In this document: one piece after another, positions 36,311 to 46,006 of the stretch
Layout: the number at the start of each line of letters is the position of its first letter
Numbering within the stretch: position 1 is the stretch's first letter
The notes under the pieces: generated by a model
Told to the model about the DNA's origin: nothing
The model's input: only the letters and a program-made list of their open reading frames with translations
Database searches by the model: none
Position numbers and translations under genes: made by a program
Origin: a virus
Lineage: Duplodnaviria; Caudoviricetes
IMG/VR virus record: IMGVR_UViG_3300045855_000047
Coordinates: 1-58,548 of that record
Length of the DNA: 58,548 bases
Reading direction: 5' to 3' (one strand)

Positions 36311-38888
36311 TAACGTCGACCCGGTGCGCGGCCGGGCTCCCGGCGATGACTACTTCCGTAGGCAGGACGAAACCATTGCCCAGCTTGGACAGGAGGACGG
36401 CCCGCAAAACCCGGCCGACCTGGATAACGAGGCAAACCGTGCGCTGCACAGCAAGCTGCTGTCCTGGTTCTTCATGGAGCGCGAGAAGCAGTCGCTCAAC
36501 CGCATGGAAATGGCCATGGATGCCGACTTCTATGACAACCTGCAGTGGGATCCACAAGACAGCCAAGACCTGCGCGACCGTGGCCAGATGCCGCTGGTCT
36601 ACAACGAAGTGGCGCCCATGGTGGATTGGCTGATCGGTACCGAGCGCCGTACCCGCGTGGATTGGAAAGTCCTGCCGCGTGCCGAGGACGACGTAAAGAC
36701 GGCCGACATCAAAACCAAGGTTTTGAAATACGTGTCGGACGTGAACCGATCCACCTTCGCCCGCTCCCGCGCTTTCGCGGATGCAGTCAAGGCCGGTATC
36801 GGCTGGATTGACAGCGGTGCGCGTGATGACCCGACCAAGGACATCCTTTACAACAAGTACGAGGACTGGCGCCGGGTGCTCTACGACTCAGCCAGCACTG
36901 AGCTCGACCTGAGTGACGCACGTTTTCTGTTCCGCTGGGCCTGGGTTGACGAGGACATCGCAATCCTTATGTACCCCGAGCGTGCCAATCAGATCCGCAT
37001 GGCTGTGGAAAAGACCAATCACAACCGTGACATTTCATGGGAAGAAGAGAACTGGCAGAGCCAGAACAGCCTGCAGTCGCGTGCGCAGGGTCAGCTTTAT
37101 GCCTCCGGCACCGGCGTGACCATCAATACCAAGCGCCGCCAGATCAAGATCATTGAAGCGCAGTACCGCATGCCGGTGATGACCAAGGTGATTAAGTCCG
37201 GCCCGCTCAAGGGATCCATCCTGCACGATGGTGATACGCCACTGCACAACGCCCTGGCCCAGGTTGGCGGCTCCGTAGTCGACCGTCTGATCATGCGTGT
37301 TCACCATGCCGTGATGACCGAGGCGGATCTGCTGTGCGTTGAGCCATCGATCTACCGCCACAACCGTTTCAGCCTCACGCCCATCTGGTGCTACCGCCGA
37401 AGCCGTGACCGCATGCCCTACGGCACCATTCGCCGCGTGCGAGACGTGCAGCAGGATCTGAACAAGCGCGCCAGCAAGGCCCTGTTCATGCTCAACACCA
37501 ATCAGATCGTGGCCGATGAGGGCGCGGTGGACGATTGGGAACTGGCACGCGATGAGGCCGACCGCCCGGATGGCTTGATCGTCAAGAAGGCCGGCAAGGA
37601 ATTCACTATTCGCCGGGACACTGACGCAGCCACTGGCCAGCTGCAGATGATGACCATGGATGCCCAGGCAATCCAAAAGTCTGCCGGTGTGGCCCAGGAA
37701 AACATGGGCCGGCAAACCAATGCCGTATCCGGCGAGGCCATCAAGGCACGCCAGACCCAGGGCAGCGTGGTTACCACCGAGCCCTTTGATAACCTGCGCC
37801 TGGCCACCCAGATCGACGGCGAGAACCAGCTTTCCCTGTGTGAGCAGTTCTACACCGAGGACAAGGTAATCCGCCTGACCGGTGCCAAGGGTGCTATCGA
37901 GTGGGTGAAGGTCAACCAGCCAGAGCAGCAGCCTGATGGCTCCGTGCGCTACATCAACGACATCACCACCAGCATGGCCGACTTCATTGTGTCGGAGCAG
38001 GACTATGCGGGCACGCTGCGCCAGGTGATGTTTGACAGCCTGAACCAGCTGGCCACACGCCTTCCGCCCGAGGTGAGCTTACGGATCATGACCATCGCCA
38101 TGGAGTTCTCGGACCTGCCCAACAAGAATGAGATTGCTGATGCCCTGCGCAAGATGACCGGCGACCGTGACCCGAGCAAGGAAATGACGCCGGAAGAGCA
38201 GCAGCAAGCCCAGGCCCAGGCCCAGCAGCAGGCCGAGGCCATGCAGATGCAGCGTGAGACGGCTATGAATGCGCTGGAAGAGCAGCGCGCCAAGGTGCGC
38301 CAACTCAATGCCGAGGCTACGAAGCTGGAAGCGGAAGCCCAGGCCGCAGGGCAGGGCGGCATGGACCCGGCGATGCAATCCCAGATCCAGCAGATCCAAA
38401 GCCAGGCCGCTGACCAGATCGATGCGCTGACCCAGCAGCTTACCAAGACACAAAGCGAACTGACGAACCGCACGCTCCAGATCAACAAGGAGGCCGACAC
38501 CAAAATGGAATTGGCAAGCATCGAGCGCGATACCAAGCTGCAAGTGGCCGAGATTCAGTCGCGCAGTGACAAGAAGGTCGAGGCCCTGACCCAATCCATG
38601 GCCGACCTGGTGCGCCAGGTGGATGACGCACGCAAGGCCGCTGACGCGGCCCGCAAGGTAGCCGATGACGCAACCAAGCGCACCGAGAAGATCGAAAAGA
38701 CACCAGCGCCAGCAGCACCAGCCCCGGCGCCAGCGCCTGTACCGGCTCCCGCCGCACCCCAAGTCATCAACCTGACCATTGCTGCGGCCGAGCCAAGCAC
38801 CAAGACGATCACGCTGGAAAAAGACAAGGCCGGCAATGTTACTGGCGCCAAGGTCAATGAATCAACCTCCGGGAAGGCCAAGAAATGA
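36303..38888 (+). CDS. Portal protein (P22-like) with long C-terminal coiled coil
   Basis: DFYDNLQW...PLVYNEVAPMVDW...PYGTIRRVRDVQQDLNKR...SGEAIKARQTQG. Confidence 0.92.
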   Translation: MFDNVDPVRGRAPGDDYFRRQDETIAQLGQEDGPQNPADLDNEANRALHSKLLSWFFMEREKQSLNRMEMAMDADFYDNLQWDPQDSQDLRDRGQMPLVYNEVAPMVDWLIGTERRTRVDWKVLPRAEDDVKTADIKTKVLKYVSDVNRSTFARSRAFADAVKAGIGWIDSGARDDPTKDILYNKYEDWRRVLYDSASTELDLSDARFLFRWAWVDEDIAILMYPERANQIRMAVEKTNHNRDISWEEENWQSQNSLQSRAQGQLYASGTGVTINTKRRQIKIIEAQYRMPVMTKVIKSGPLKGSILHDGDTPLHNALAQVGGSVVDRLIMRVHHAVMTEADLLCVEPSIYRHNRFSLTPIWCYRRSRDRMPYGTIRRVRDVQQDLNKRASKALFMLNTNQIVADEGAVDDWELARDEADRPDGLIVKKAGKEFTIRRDTDAATGQLQMMTMDAQAIQKSAGVAQENMGRQTNAVSGEAIKARQTQGSVVTTEPFDNLRLATQIDGENQLSLCEQFYTEDKVIRLTGAKGAIEWVKVNQPEQQPDGSVRYINDITTSMADFIVSEQDYAGTLRQVMFDSLNQLATRLPPEVSLRIMTIAMEFSDLPNKNEIADALRKMTGDRDPSKEMTPEEQQQAQAQAQQQAEAMQMQRETAMNALEEQRAKVRQLNAEATKLEAEAQAAGQGGMDPAMQSQIQQIQSQAADQIDALTQQLTKTQSELTNRTLQINKEADTKMELASIERDTKLQVAEIQSRSDKKVEALTQSMADLVRQVDDARKAADAARKVADDATKRTEKIEKTPAPAAPAPAPAPVPAPAAPQVINLTIAAAEPSTKTITLEKDKAGNVTGAKVNESTSGKAKK

Positions 38889-39223
38889 GCACCGACTTTC
38901 AAGGATCTAGTTACGACCGTCGAGAAGTAGATCGACGCGCACCAATCACACAACCAATGCAACAAGAATCTACCGGCTGGCACCTTGATAAAAAAGTGCC
39001 CTTATCACTGATCTTTGCAATGCTCTGCCAAGCGGCCATGGTGATTTGGGCTATTGCGGACATCAAAAAGGATGTGGAGTTGCTCAAACAGGATACCCAG
39101 GCTCTGCATCTACGCGACACACAGAACACAGACTCTCTCAAAGAGGCTATGACCGTCATGCGTGACCAGTTCAAGTCTCTCGATATAAAGCTGGACCGTC
39201 TGATCGAGAGGCAAAACAAATGA
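38885..39223 (+). CDS. Single-TM coiled-coil protein (holin/lysis-associated)
   Basis: WHLDKKVPLSLIFAMLCQ TM segment, IKLDRLIE tail, directly before the endolysin. Confidence 0.6.
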   Translation: MSTDFQGSSYDRREVDRRAPITQPMQQESTGWHLDKKVPLSLIFAMLCQAAMVIWAIADIKKDVELLKQDTQALHLRDTQNTDSLKEAMTVMRDQFKSLDIKLDRLIERQNK

Positions 39224-39834
39224 AGCGCACAGCCACCCAATGGTGCAAAGTGCTGCGCGACTGCGGTGTTCAGGATCACGTTGCCGTGTTTTGGGGCCCA
39301 GTGTTCGCTGATGTTGTGGGTGAACAGTCGTTCAATCAGGGTGAGTTCGAGCTTGATGACTTCCTTGGCCAGATACTGCATGAAAGCGGCATGCTGACCA
39401 CATTCACCGAGAACCTGAACTACAGCGCCGAGCGCCTTTGTGTGGTGTGGCCGGCCAGGTTTCCAACACTTGCCGATGCCCGGCCCTATGCGCACAACCC
39501 CGAGGCCCTGGCCAACCGGGTGTACGGCGGGCGCCTGGGCAACACCGAGCCCGGCGACGGCTGGCGCTACCGTGGCCGCTCCCCCATTCAACTCACTGGC
39601 AAGGACAACTATGCCCGCGTCGGTGTCCTGATGGGCCAAGACCTGGTAACCATGCCTGAACTGCTGGAGCAGCCCCGCTTTGCGCTGGAGGCTTGTATTC
39701 ACTGGTGGGAGGATCGCATTCCCGATTCGATGGTGGGTGACGTGGCAAAGGTCAGCACGCGCGTGAATGGCGGGCTCATTGGACTGGTTGACCGTGAGCG
39801 CCTGACTCAAGCAGCAACCGAGGCGCTGGCGTAA
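39220..39834 (+). CDS. Endolysin, glycoside hydrolase family 19
   Basis: FLGQILHES...ENLNYSA...GDGWRYRGRSPIQLTGKDNY...VNGGLIGLVDR. Confidence 0.93.
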   Translation: MKRTATQWCKVLRDCGVQDHVAVFWGPVFADVVGEQSFNQGEFELDDFLGQILHESGMLTTFTENLNYSAERLCVVWPARFPTLADARPYAHNPEALANRVYGGRLGNTEPGDGWRYRGRSPIQLTGKDNYARVGVLMGQDLVTMPELLEQPRFALEACIHWWEDRIPDSMVGDVAKVSTRVNGGLIGLVDRERLTQAATEALA

Positions 39835-40044
39835 ATGCTGAACCAGGTCAATCCACTGCATCCGGCCCTCACTGAAATGGAGGCTTTCGCACTGACCCGC
39901 ATGCTGGAGAAGCGCGAGCAGTACGTGGGTCAAGGCCGCGCTGATGCGGCACATGGTATCGGGACTGGAATATGGATTCTTTGGCAAGCACTCATGCACG
40001 GACAACAACGCCCAACTGGGTATGGAGACCTCAATGGAATTTGA
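39835..40044 (+). CDS. Hypothetical protein in the lysis cassette
   Basis: 69-aa ORF abutting the endolysin. Confidence 0.55.
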   Translation: MLNQVNPLHPALTEMEAFALTRMLEKREQYVGQGRADAAHGIGTGIWILWQALMHGQQRPTGYGDLNGI

Positions 40045-40627
40045 TTGGAAAAAGGTGCTTCCGGTTATTGGCGCTGCCGTCACCGGCAATGTGCCAGGTG
40101 CTATTCTGGCTGCGGCTTCGGCTCTTAGCAGCGCACTTGGAACTCCGGTGCAGGACACACCCGAAGGCATCGACATTGCGCTCAAGGCGCTATCTCCTGA
40201 GCAGATCGCAGCCCTCAAGACGATTGATGCGAATCTGAAAATCCGCTTTCGTGAGCTCGACACAGAGGATCGCAAGATCGAAGCAGCCAGCGAGTCCGCA
40301 GTGATTGACGATGTGAAGGACGCACGTAAGTTCAATGCGAACACCCACGGCATCCTGTACCTGGGCTACGGCATCAACGTCCTGAGCTATGTGTGTGTGG
40401 CCCTGATCCTGGTTGGCTGCTTCATGGTGCTCACAGGCCCAAAAATGGGCGGTGTGGATCCTGGCCTGGCTGCAATGGTGGGCTCCGTGGTGGGCGCCGT
40501 CGTGCAGTGGCTCATGTCCAACGCGGCCCAAGCCAATCAATTCTTCTTCGGCTCGTCCCCCGGCTCCCGCCAGGTCAGTGCAGACCTCGCCAAAGCCGTT
40601 GGCACCGTAACCACCAAACTGAAATAG
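40034..40627 (+). CDS. Holin-like membrane protein (GTA 3TM-holin-like)
   Basis: GGAG RBS, MEFDWKKVLP start, two C-terminal TM helices, FFFGSSPGS motif. Confidence 0.7.
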   Translation: MEFDWKKVLPVIGAAVTGNVPGAILAAASALSSALGTPVQDTPEGIDIALKALSPEQIAALKTIDANLKIRFRELDTEDRKIEAASESAVIDDVKDARKFNANTHGILYLGYGINVLSYVCVALILVGCFMVLTGPKMGGVDPGLAAMVGSVVGAVVQWLMSNAAQANQFFFGSSPGSRQVSADLAKAVGTVTTKLK

Positions 40628-40636
40628 GCAAGTTCT

Positions 40637-41047
40637 ATGACTGTCCAATACTCAATCTTGGTGCGCAACGCCATGCTGGATGCCATTGAGGTGGCAACGG
40701 GCGCGGCGCCGCGCCTGCGCTTCTACACTGGCACCCAGCCCGCCAACTGCGCGGCTGCTGCCACCGGCACTTTGCTGGTTGACATGACACTTCCGGCTGA
40801 CTGGATGGCCAATGCAGCTTCTGGCGCCAAGGCGCTTACTGGCGCATGGTCTGCCACTGGCGCTGCAGTGCCTGGAACGGGTACCGCTGGCTACTATCGG
40901 ATATGGGATGCTGCGGTGACCAATTGCCATGAGCAGGGATCCATAGCCCAGACCACTGGCGGCGATATCAATCTGGACAATGCTTCGATCGTTGCCGGCC
41001 AGACTGTCAATATCATCAGCAAGAACATCACAGCGGGGAATGCGTAA
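40637..41047 (+). CDS. Virion structural protein (decoration/fiber-like)
   Basis: RNAMLDAI...LRFYTGTQPA...GTAGYYRI, beta-rich small-residue sequence. Confidence 0.65.
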   Translation: MTVQYSILVRNAMLDAIEVATGAAPRLRFYTGTQPANCAAAATGTLLVDMTLPADWMANAASGAKALTGAWSATGAAVPGTGTAGYYRIWDAAVTNCHEQGSIAQTTGGDINLDNASIVAGQTVNIISKNITAGNA

Positions 41048-41718
41048 TGGCTGCAAAAACAGATCAAGTCATCATCCTGCCAAGCGACTCTGGCAATACG
41101 GGAAAGAAGATCCGCACTAAGGAGTCGGTGGTCGGAGCCAATACGGTGGAGGAGTATTACTTCATCCAGAGTTCTGAGCGCAACAGCGTTGGGCAATACA
41201 AGTACGTTGTGCCGGCGCAGGCAATTCCAGCTGCGGCGCAAACTGGCACGACAACGGGGCTGCTGTACCTGATAAACCCGCTGTCCAGCACCGTGAACCT
41301 TGCCATCGACCGTTTATCGTTCAAGCATGGGTTCTCGACGACTCTTGCTGTTGACCTTATTGCCCCGTTGATTCATGTGGCACGCATATCGTTTACGGGA
41401 ACATTGTCTGCAGCCACTACAACCCCAGTGAAGCGAGACACCACAAGCCCAGCCCCCCAAGGCTTGCTGGCGGTGGCAATGACAGGCCTAACCGTCACCC
41501 TGGTTGGCAACGTCTGGTCATTCATGAGTCAAACTATGGACTTGGTAACGGGCGGTGCGGGCCACTGGAACCCCATGAGTGACGAATGGAACCCACAGGA
41601 TGAGGATGACGAGCTAATCCTTCGACCTGGCGAGGGTATCGTTGTCTATTCCACTTTGGCGGTGACAACGGCAAACCGTAAGATCATGTCTAACGGGGCT
41701 TGGTTCGAGTTTAACTAA
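41047..41718 (+). CDS. Putative virion structural protein
   Basis: Beta-rich 223 aa, LILRPGEGIVV...WFE C-terminus. Confidence 0.6.
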   Translation: MAAKTDQVIILPSDSGNTGKKIRTKESVVGANTVEEYYFIQSSERNSVGQYKYVVPAQAIPAAAQTGTTTGLLYLINPLSSTVNLAIDRLSFKHGFSTTLAVDLIAPLIHVARISFTGTLSAATTTPVKRDTTSPAPQGLLAVAMTGLTVTLVGNVWSFMSQTMDLVTGGAGHWNPMSDEWNPQDEDDELILRPGEGIVVYSTLAVTTANRKIMSNGAWFEFN

Positions 41719-42822
41719 ATGACATGGCAGCTCATTGATGGCGTTGTTGCCAACGATGCGTTTGCCACGCCTGCAACACCAGGCGCATCGCAGCTTGTTG
41801 ATGGCTTAAATAATCAGGCGTTTGCAGCGCCTGCTAGCGCAACGGCGCAGCCCGTAGACCCGCTTCTTGGCCTCACATGGGCGGCAAGTGGCGGCGCCCC
41901 AGTTTCCAATGGGTCTGGGTCCAGCACCGTCAATGCGGTAACAGGCACTGGCGCCGGATCTGTCGCGGTCACCGCTTCCGGATCCAATAGCACCGCAGCG
42001 TTCACCCAGGCTGGCGCGGGCGCCGTGCTTGCTCAAGGGTCTGGCGGAAACACACTGGCCAGCTTCACCCATACCGCTGTTGCCGCAGCCATGGCATCAG
42101 GTCAGGGCTCTAACTCACTTGATGCATTCTCCCAGTCTGCTTCTGGCACAGCAGGATCCACAGCCATCAGCGGATCTGGTACCGGCTCCATATCGGTCGC
42201 TTCCTCGGGCGCTGGTAATGTGGTGGTCGCAGGCGCAGGCGCAAATACAGTCACAGCATTTTCTGGCGCAGGGCAGGGCAGCGTGCTCGTGACGGGATCG
42301 GCATCCCTCACGCTGGACCAATTCACCCAGTCCGGTACCGGCTCATCAGGGAAGAATCCAAGTTCATCAGGGGCTGGCGCCGTCACACTTGATGGCTTCA
42401 CGCAGGACTCAAGCGGAACCGTTGCCGCAGATCCAGAGCAGAAAACCCAGGTCTATGGATCTGGGCGCAAGCTGGCTGCCCCACCGGACTGGAACACAGC
42501 GCCGATACGTGAGCCTTTACAGGGACCGCAGGAAGATGATGGCCTAGTGGCCAAGGTGCTGGAGAAGTGGGAGGCGATTGAAGCGGCCCAGGCTGTGCAT
42601 GCTGCGCCGGTACCCGATACCCACAAAGACGTTGACAAAGAGCCTTATTCGGTTGACGCGAAGCCTTATTCAATTGACACCAGCCCCAAGCTGTCCACGC
42701 TCAAGGCCAAGCCCATCGCAGCTATTCCTGCCATCGATGACGCCTTCACGCTCAAGGCCGAGCAGGACCGGCGTAACACCGAGCAGATTGCACTGCTCAT
42801 GGCCCTGGCCGAGGCCCTTTGA
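41719..42822 (+). CDS. Gly/Ala/Ser/Thr-rich repetitive virion protein
   Basis: Degenerate ~20-aa GSG-x-T-L-x-x-F-T-Q repeats. Confidence 0.6.
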   Translation: MTWQLIDGVVANDAFATPATPGASQLVDGLNNQAFAAPASATAQPVDPLLGLTWAASGGAPVSNGSGSSTVNAVTGTGAGSVAVTASGSNSTAAFTQAGAGAVLAQGSGGNTLASFTHTAVAAAMASGQGSNSLDAFSQSASGTAGSTAISGSGTGSISVASSGAGNVVVAGAGANTVTAFSGAGQGSVLVTGSASLTLDQFTQSGTGSSGKNPSSSGAGAVTLDGFTQDSSGTVAADPEQKTQVYGSGRKLAAPPDWNTAPIREPLQGPQEDDGLVAKVLEKWEAIEAAQAVHAAPVPDTHKDVDKEPYSVDAKPYSIDTSPKLSTLKAKPIAAIPAIDDAFTLKAEQDRRNTEQIALLMALAEAL

Positions 42823-42835
42823 CGTGGCAAGCATG
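42823..42835 (+). promoter_or_regulatory. Late-gene motif CGTGGCAAGCATG, copy 4
   Basis: Exact copy before the scaffold operon. Confidence 0.7.
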
Positions 42836-42866
42836 ACACATTCACCGAACTTTGAAGGAGTTACCT

Positions 42867-43061
42867 ATGGCTAAGAAATCTACTGGCGGTGCAATCGCTA
42901 TCTCTGGTTCCGACGACTGGCAGGTCGAGTCTGACCTGCGCACGATGATGGAATCCGAGGCTATCGAAAAGGATCCCAAGCGACTGGCCAAGGTGCAGGC
43001 TCTTGCAAAGAAAAAAATGCTGGATATGGCGGCTCTCGCCAGCGAAGGCAAAGACGACTGA
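42867..43061 (+). CDS. Small hypothetical head-module protein
   Basis: AAGGAG RBS, ATG 42867; DWQVESDLRTM...IEKDPKRL. Confidence 0.7.
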   Translation: MAKKSTGGAIAISGSDDWQVESDLRTMMESEAIEKDPKRLAKVQALAKKKMLDMAALASEGKDD

Positions 43062-43084
43062 TTTTTTAACCCAAAGGACAGAGC

Positions 43085-44032
43085 ATGAGTTCTACAGCAC
43101 ACCTTGATCAAGCAGCCCTCGCAAACCTGACCGCCGAGGAACGCGAAGCCTTCAACGAATCCGAGTATTCCGCATCCGAACTGGAGGCCATGAAAAGGCT
43201 GGCCGGTGACGATGGCGATGACGGTGCAGACGAAGGTGATCCCAACGAAGTTTTGGATGCCAACGGAAAACCGATAGCGGATGTAGCACAACCCGCAAAA
43301 GCCGCCGAGGCAAAGCCAGATACTGCCGCCGCCGAGGCCGCAGCAGAAACACCGGCTAAGGCCGCACCCGAGCCCGCTCAAGACAAGCAGCACATCTACA
43401 AGGCCGCACTGCCCGAGGACTTTGATACCAAGGTCAAGGACCTGGCCGAGAAGTCTGCCGAGCTCCGTGCCCAGTTCAAGGGCGGAGAAATCGACTTCGA
43501 TGCTTTTGAAGAGCAAAACGCCGCACTGCAGCAGGACCGAGAAGCCCTGACCATGGCTCGCGCCAAGGCTGAGATTTCGCAGGAAATGACCCAGCAGAAT
43601 GCTGAAACCCAGTGGAACAACGCAATCAACCGCCTGTATTCGTCGGCCAAGACCGATGGCGTCGACTACAAGGCTGACCAGGAACGCAATGCGGAACTGG
43701 ATCAATTCGTCAAGGTGCTGGCCAACAACCCGGCCCACCAGGACAAGTCCATGGATTGGTTTTTGACGGAGGCGCACAAGCGTGTGATGGTTCTCAATGG
43801 GAAAAACATATCCACCGGTGCACAGCAGGCAGACCCGGCGCCTAAACCGGCTGCGCAGAACCGCAACCCACCAGCCGCACCCAAGAGCATTGCGCATATT
43901 CCTGGCGGTGATGGCCCGGGCGATGTTGGCGGTGAGTTTGCTCACCTTGACGCTCTTGATGGCAATGATCTTGAATCAGCTATTGCCAAGATGAGCCCGG
44001 CCCAACGTGAGAAGTATTCGCGGGGCGGTTGA
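43085..44032 (+). CDS. Capsid scaffolding protein
   Basis: Acidic disordered N-terminus, coiled coil, MSPAQREKY C-terminus, upstream of the capsid gene. Confidence 0.75.
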   Translation: MSSTAHLDQAALANLTAEEREAFNESEYSASELEAMKRLAGDDGDDGADEGDPNEVLDANGKPIADVAQPAKAAEAKPDTAAAEAAAETPAKAAPEPAQDKQHIYKAALPEDFDTKVKDLAEKSAELRAQFKGGEIDFDAFEEQNAALQQDREALTMARAKAEISQEMTQQNAETQWNNAINRLYSSAKTDGVDYKADQERNAELDQFVKVLANNPAHQDKSMDWFLTEAHKRVMVLNGKNISTGAQQADPAPKPAAQNRNPPAAPKSIAHIPGGDGPGDVGGEFAHLDALDGNDLESAIAKMSPAQREKYSRGG

Positions 44033-44034
44033 TC

Positions 44035-44235
44035 GTGCAAACCACCAAAGTGATTGTTGATGTGAGGCCGGGGGAGTTCCTGAATATCTCCGGCCCATCA
44101 AGGATTGAACTGGTGCACAAGAGCGGCCAGCGTGTTCGTCTGAACATCTTTGCCGCTCTTGATGTAGTCGTATCGAAAATCTCTGCGGATGATGTTGGGC
44201 TACGTACCAAGCATGGTCTATTAGAGGCTGGCTGA
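44035..44235 (+). CDS. CsrA-like (carbon storage regulator fold) protein, divergent; start 44029 or 44035
   Basis: DVRPGEFLNISGPSRIELVHKSGQRVRLNIFAALDVVV parallels CsrA [38 protein letters not shown]. Confidence 0.6.
   Translation: MQTTKVIVDVRPGEFLNISGPSRIELVHKSGQRVRLNIFAALDVVVSKISADDVGLRTKHGLLEAG
44203..44215 (+). promoter_or_regulatory. Late-gene motif variant CGTACCAAGCATG
   Basis: 11/13 match, 80 bp upstream of the major capsid gene. Confidence 0.55.
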
Positions 44236-44295
44236 AAAGCTAAATGATGGTGCGCAGGAGTGCTCCAAAAGTAACTTAACTTTTAGGAGTAATTC

Positions 44296-45432
44296 ATGGC
44301 ACGGACCATTATTGGCGTAAATGACGCGAAGGCGGTAAAACGCTGGGCAGGCTTGCTGGCATACGACACCAGCCAAAAATCGTATTTCAACCAACGCTTC
44401 ATGGCGCGCGGCGCCGAGGCAGAAGTGCCAATCCAGATCCTGACCGATTTGGAATCGGATGCTGGTGAAGCAATTAACTATGACCTGCTGGCTGAGCTCC
44501 GCATGGCTCCAGTTGAAGGCGAAGATATTTTGGAAGGCAAGGAAGAAGCCCAACGCTTCTACTCCGATTCCATCTACATCGATCAAGCACGCTGCGGTGT
44601 GAATACCGGTGGCCGCATGACCCGCAAGCGCACGCTTAATGACCTGCGCGAAAAGGCCAAGCGCCAGCAATCCAGCTGGTGGGCTCGTCTGCAGGATGAA
44701 CTGACATTCATCTACCTGTCCGGCGTGCGCGGCATCAATGCCAACTTCTTGCTGCCCCTGGCATATACCGGTCGTGCCAATAACGCCCTGGTTGCACCTG
44801 ACAGCAATCACACGCTGTACGGCGGTAACGCCACTGCATACAACAACATCACCAATGAAGCTTCTGGTGTTGCTGGCTCTGATGCCATGGATCTGCGCCT
44901 GATCGACCGCGCCAAGACAAAGGCTGATGCACAGGGTGGTGGCGCAACCGACATCCCTGTTCTGCAGCCTTGCAAAATCGACGGCAACGAGACTTTTGTC
45001 TGCGTTATGCATACGTTCCAAGAGGACGATCTGCGCTCGAACACCGGCACTGGCCAGTGGTTGGACATCCAAAAGGCGGCGGCTGCTGCTGAAGGTCGCA
45101 ACAACCCCATGTTCAAGGGCTCCCTGGGCATGTACCGTGGCGTGATTCTGCACAGCCACCGCAACGTGATCCGCCAAAACACCGCTGGTGCTAGTGGAAA
45201 TTACGAGTCGGCCCGCGCTCTGTTCCTGGGTTCGCAAGCTGCTGTGATGGCCTTCGGCTCTCCTGGCACCAACCTGCGTTTCGACTGGAACGAAGAAACC
45301 CGCGACAACGGCGACAAGGTAGTGATTTCTACTTCCTCGATCTTCGGCGTCAAGAAGGTGACTTTCACCACGCCCGCAGGCGCTCAGGACTTCGGCGTGT
45401 TCGCGCTGGACACCTACGCAGCATCGCGCTAA
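44296..45432 (+). CDS. Major capsid protein (N4-gp56/DUF4043-like)
   Basis: LESDAGEAINYDL...LEGKEEAQRFYSDSIYIDQAR...FKGSLGMYRGVILH...RALFLGSQA; TAGGAG RBS. Confidence 0.9.
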   Translation: MARTIIGVNDAKAVKRWAGLLAYDTSQKSYFNQRFMARGAEAEVPIQILTDLESDAGEAINYDLLAELRMAPVEGEDILEGKEEAQRFYSDSIYIDQARCGVNTGGRMTRKRTLNDLREKAKRQQSSWWARLQDELTFIYLSGVRGINANFLLPLAYTGRANNALVAPDSNHTLYGGNATAYNNITNEASGVAGSDAMDLRLIDRAKTKADAQGGGATDIPVLQPCKIDGNETFVCVMHTFQEDDLRSNTGTGQWLDIQKAAAAAEGRNNPMFKGSLGMYRGVILHSHRNVIRQNTAGASGNYESARALFLGSQAAVMAFGSPGTNLRFDWNEETRDNGDKVVISTSSIFGVKKVTFTTPAGAQDFGVFALDTYAASR

Positions 45433-45459
45433 TCCGCACAGACATAAAGGAGTAACACC

Positions 45460-45930
45460 ATGTCTTTTACCAACTCGAACGACTACATCACAGGCCGCAA
45501 GCCGGTGCTGTTCCCCGCTGGTTGCGAAATCGTTGCAGTGCGCTATGCAATTGATCTGGCAGTCGGTGACCTGGCACTGAACACCATTGGCCAAGTAGGC
45601 ATCCTGCCCGCTGGTTGCGTCCCTGTTGACGTGCTGGTGGACGGTACCGATATGGACACCGGCGCTGGCGCTGGCGTGTACCAGGTCGGCATCTGGGACG
45701 GCGCGGGCGCTTCGCTCTCGACTGCCGCCGCTGATGGTTCTGGCGCTTGGGGTGATACCGGCGCTGCCGTGGCCACTGCGTTTGCCAAGAACCTGTCCAA
45801 GACCCTGAACAACATCGCCACGGTAACCCAAGCGACCACTGATCGAAAGATCGGCATGAAGGTAACCACCGCCCCGACTACTGCCGCAGCTGGCACGCTG
45901 GGCGTGACTGTCCTCTATCGCGCAGCCTAA
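45460..45930 (+). CDS. Capsid decoration/minor head protein
   Basis: Beta-rich Ala/Gly/Thr ORF directly after the capsid gene and before a terminator. Confidence 0.7.
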   Translation: MSFTNSNDYITGRKPVLFPAGCEIVAVRYAIDLAVGDLALNTIGQVGILPAGCVPVDVLVDGTDMDTGAGAGVYQVGIWDGAGASLSTAAADGSGAWGDTGAAVATAFAKNLSKTLNNIATVTQATTDRKIGMKVTTAPTTAAAGTLGVTVLYRAA

Positions 45931-45963
45931 GTGGCTGCATAGATCCTCCTGGGTCAACGAGTT

Positions 45964-45996
45964 CAGGGGAGGCCTTTTGCTTCCCCTGTTTTTTTT
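45964..45996 (+). terminator. Rho-independent terminator
   Basis: CAGGGGAGGC-CTTTT-GCTTCCCCTG followed by T8. Confidence 0.88.
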
Positions 45997-46006
45997 GGAG
46001 TGAGAT

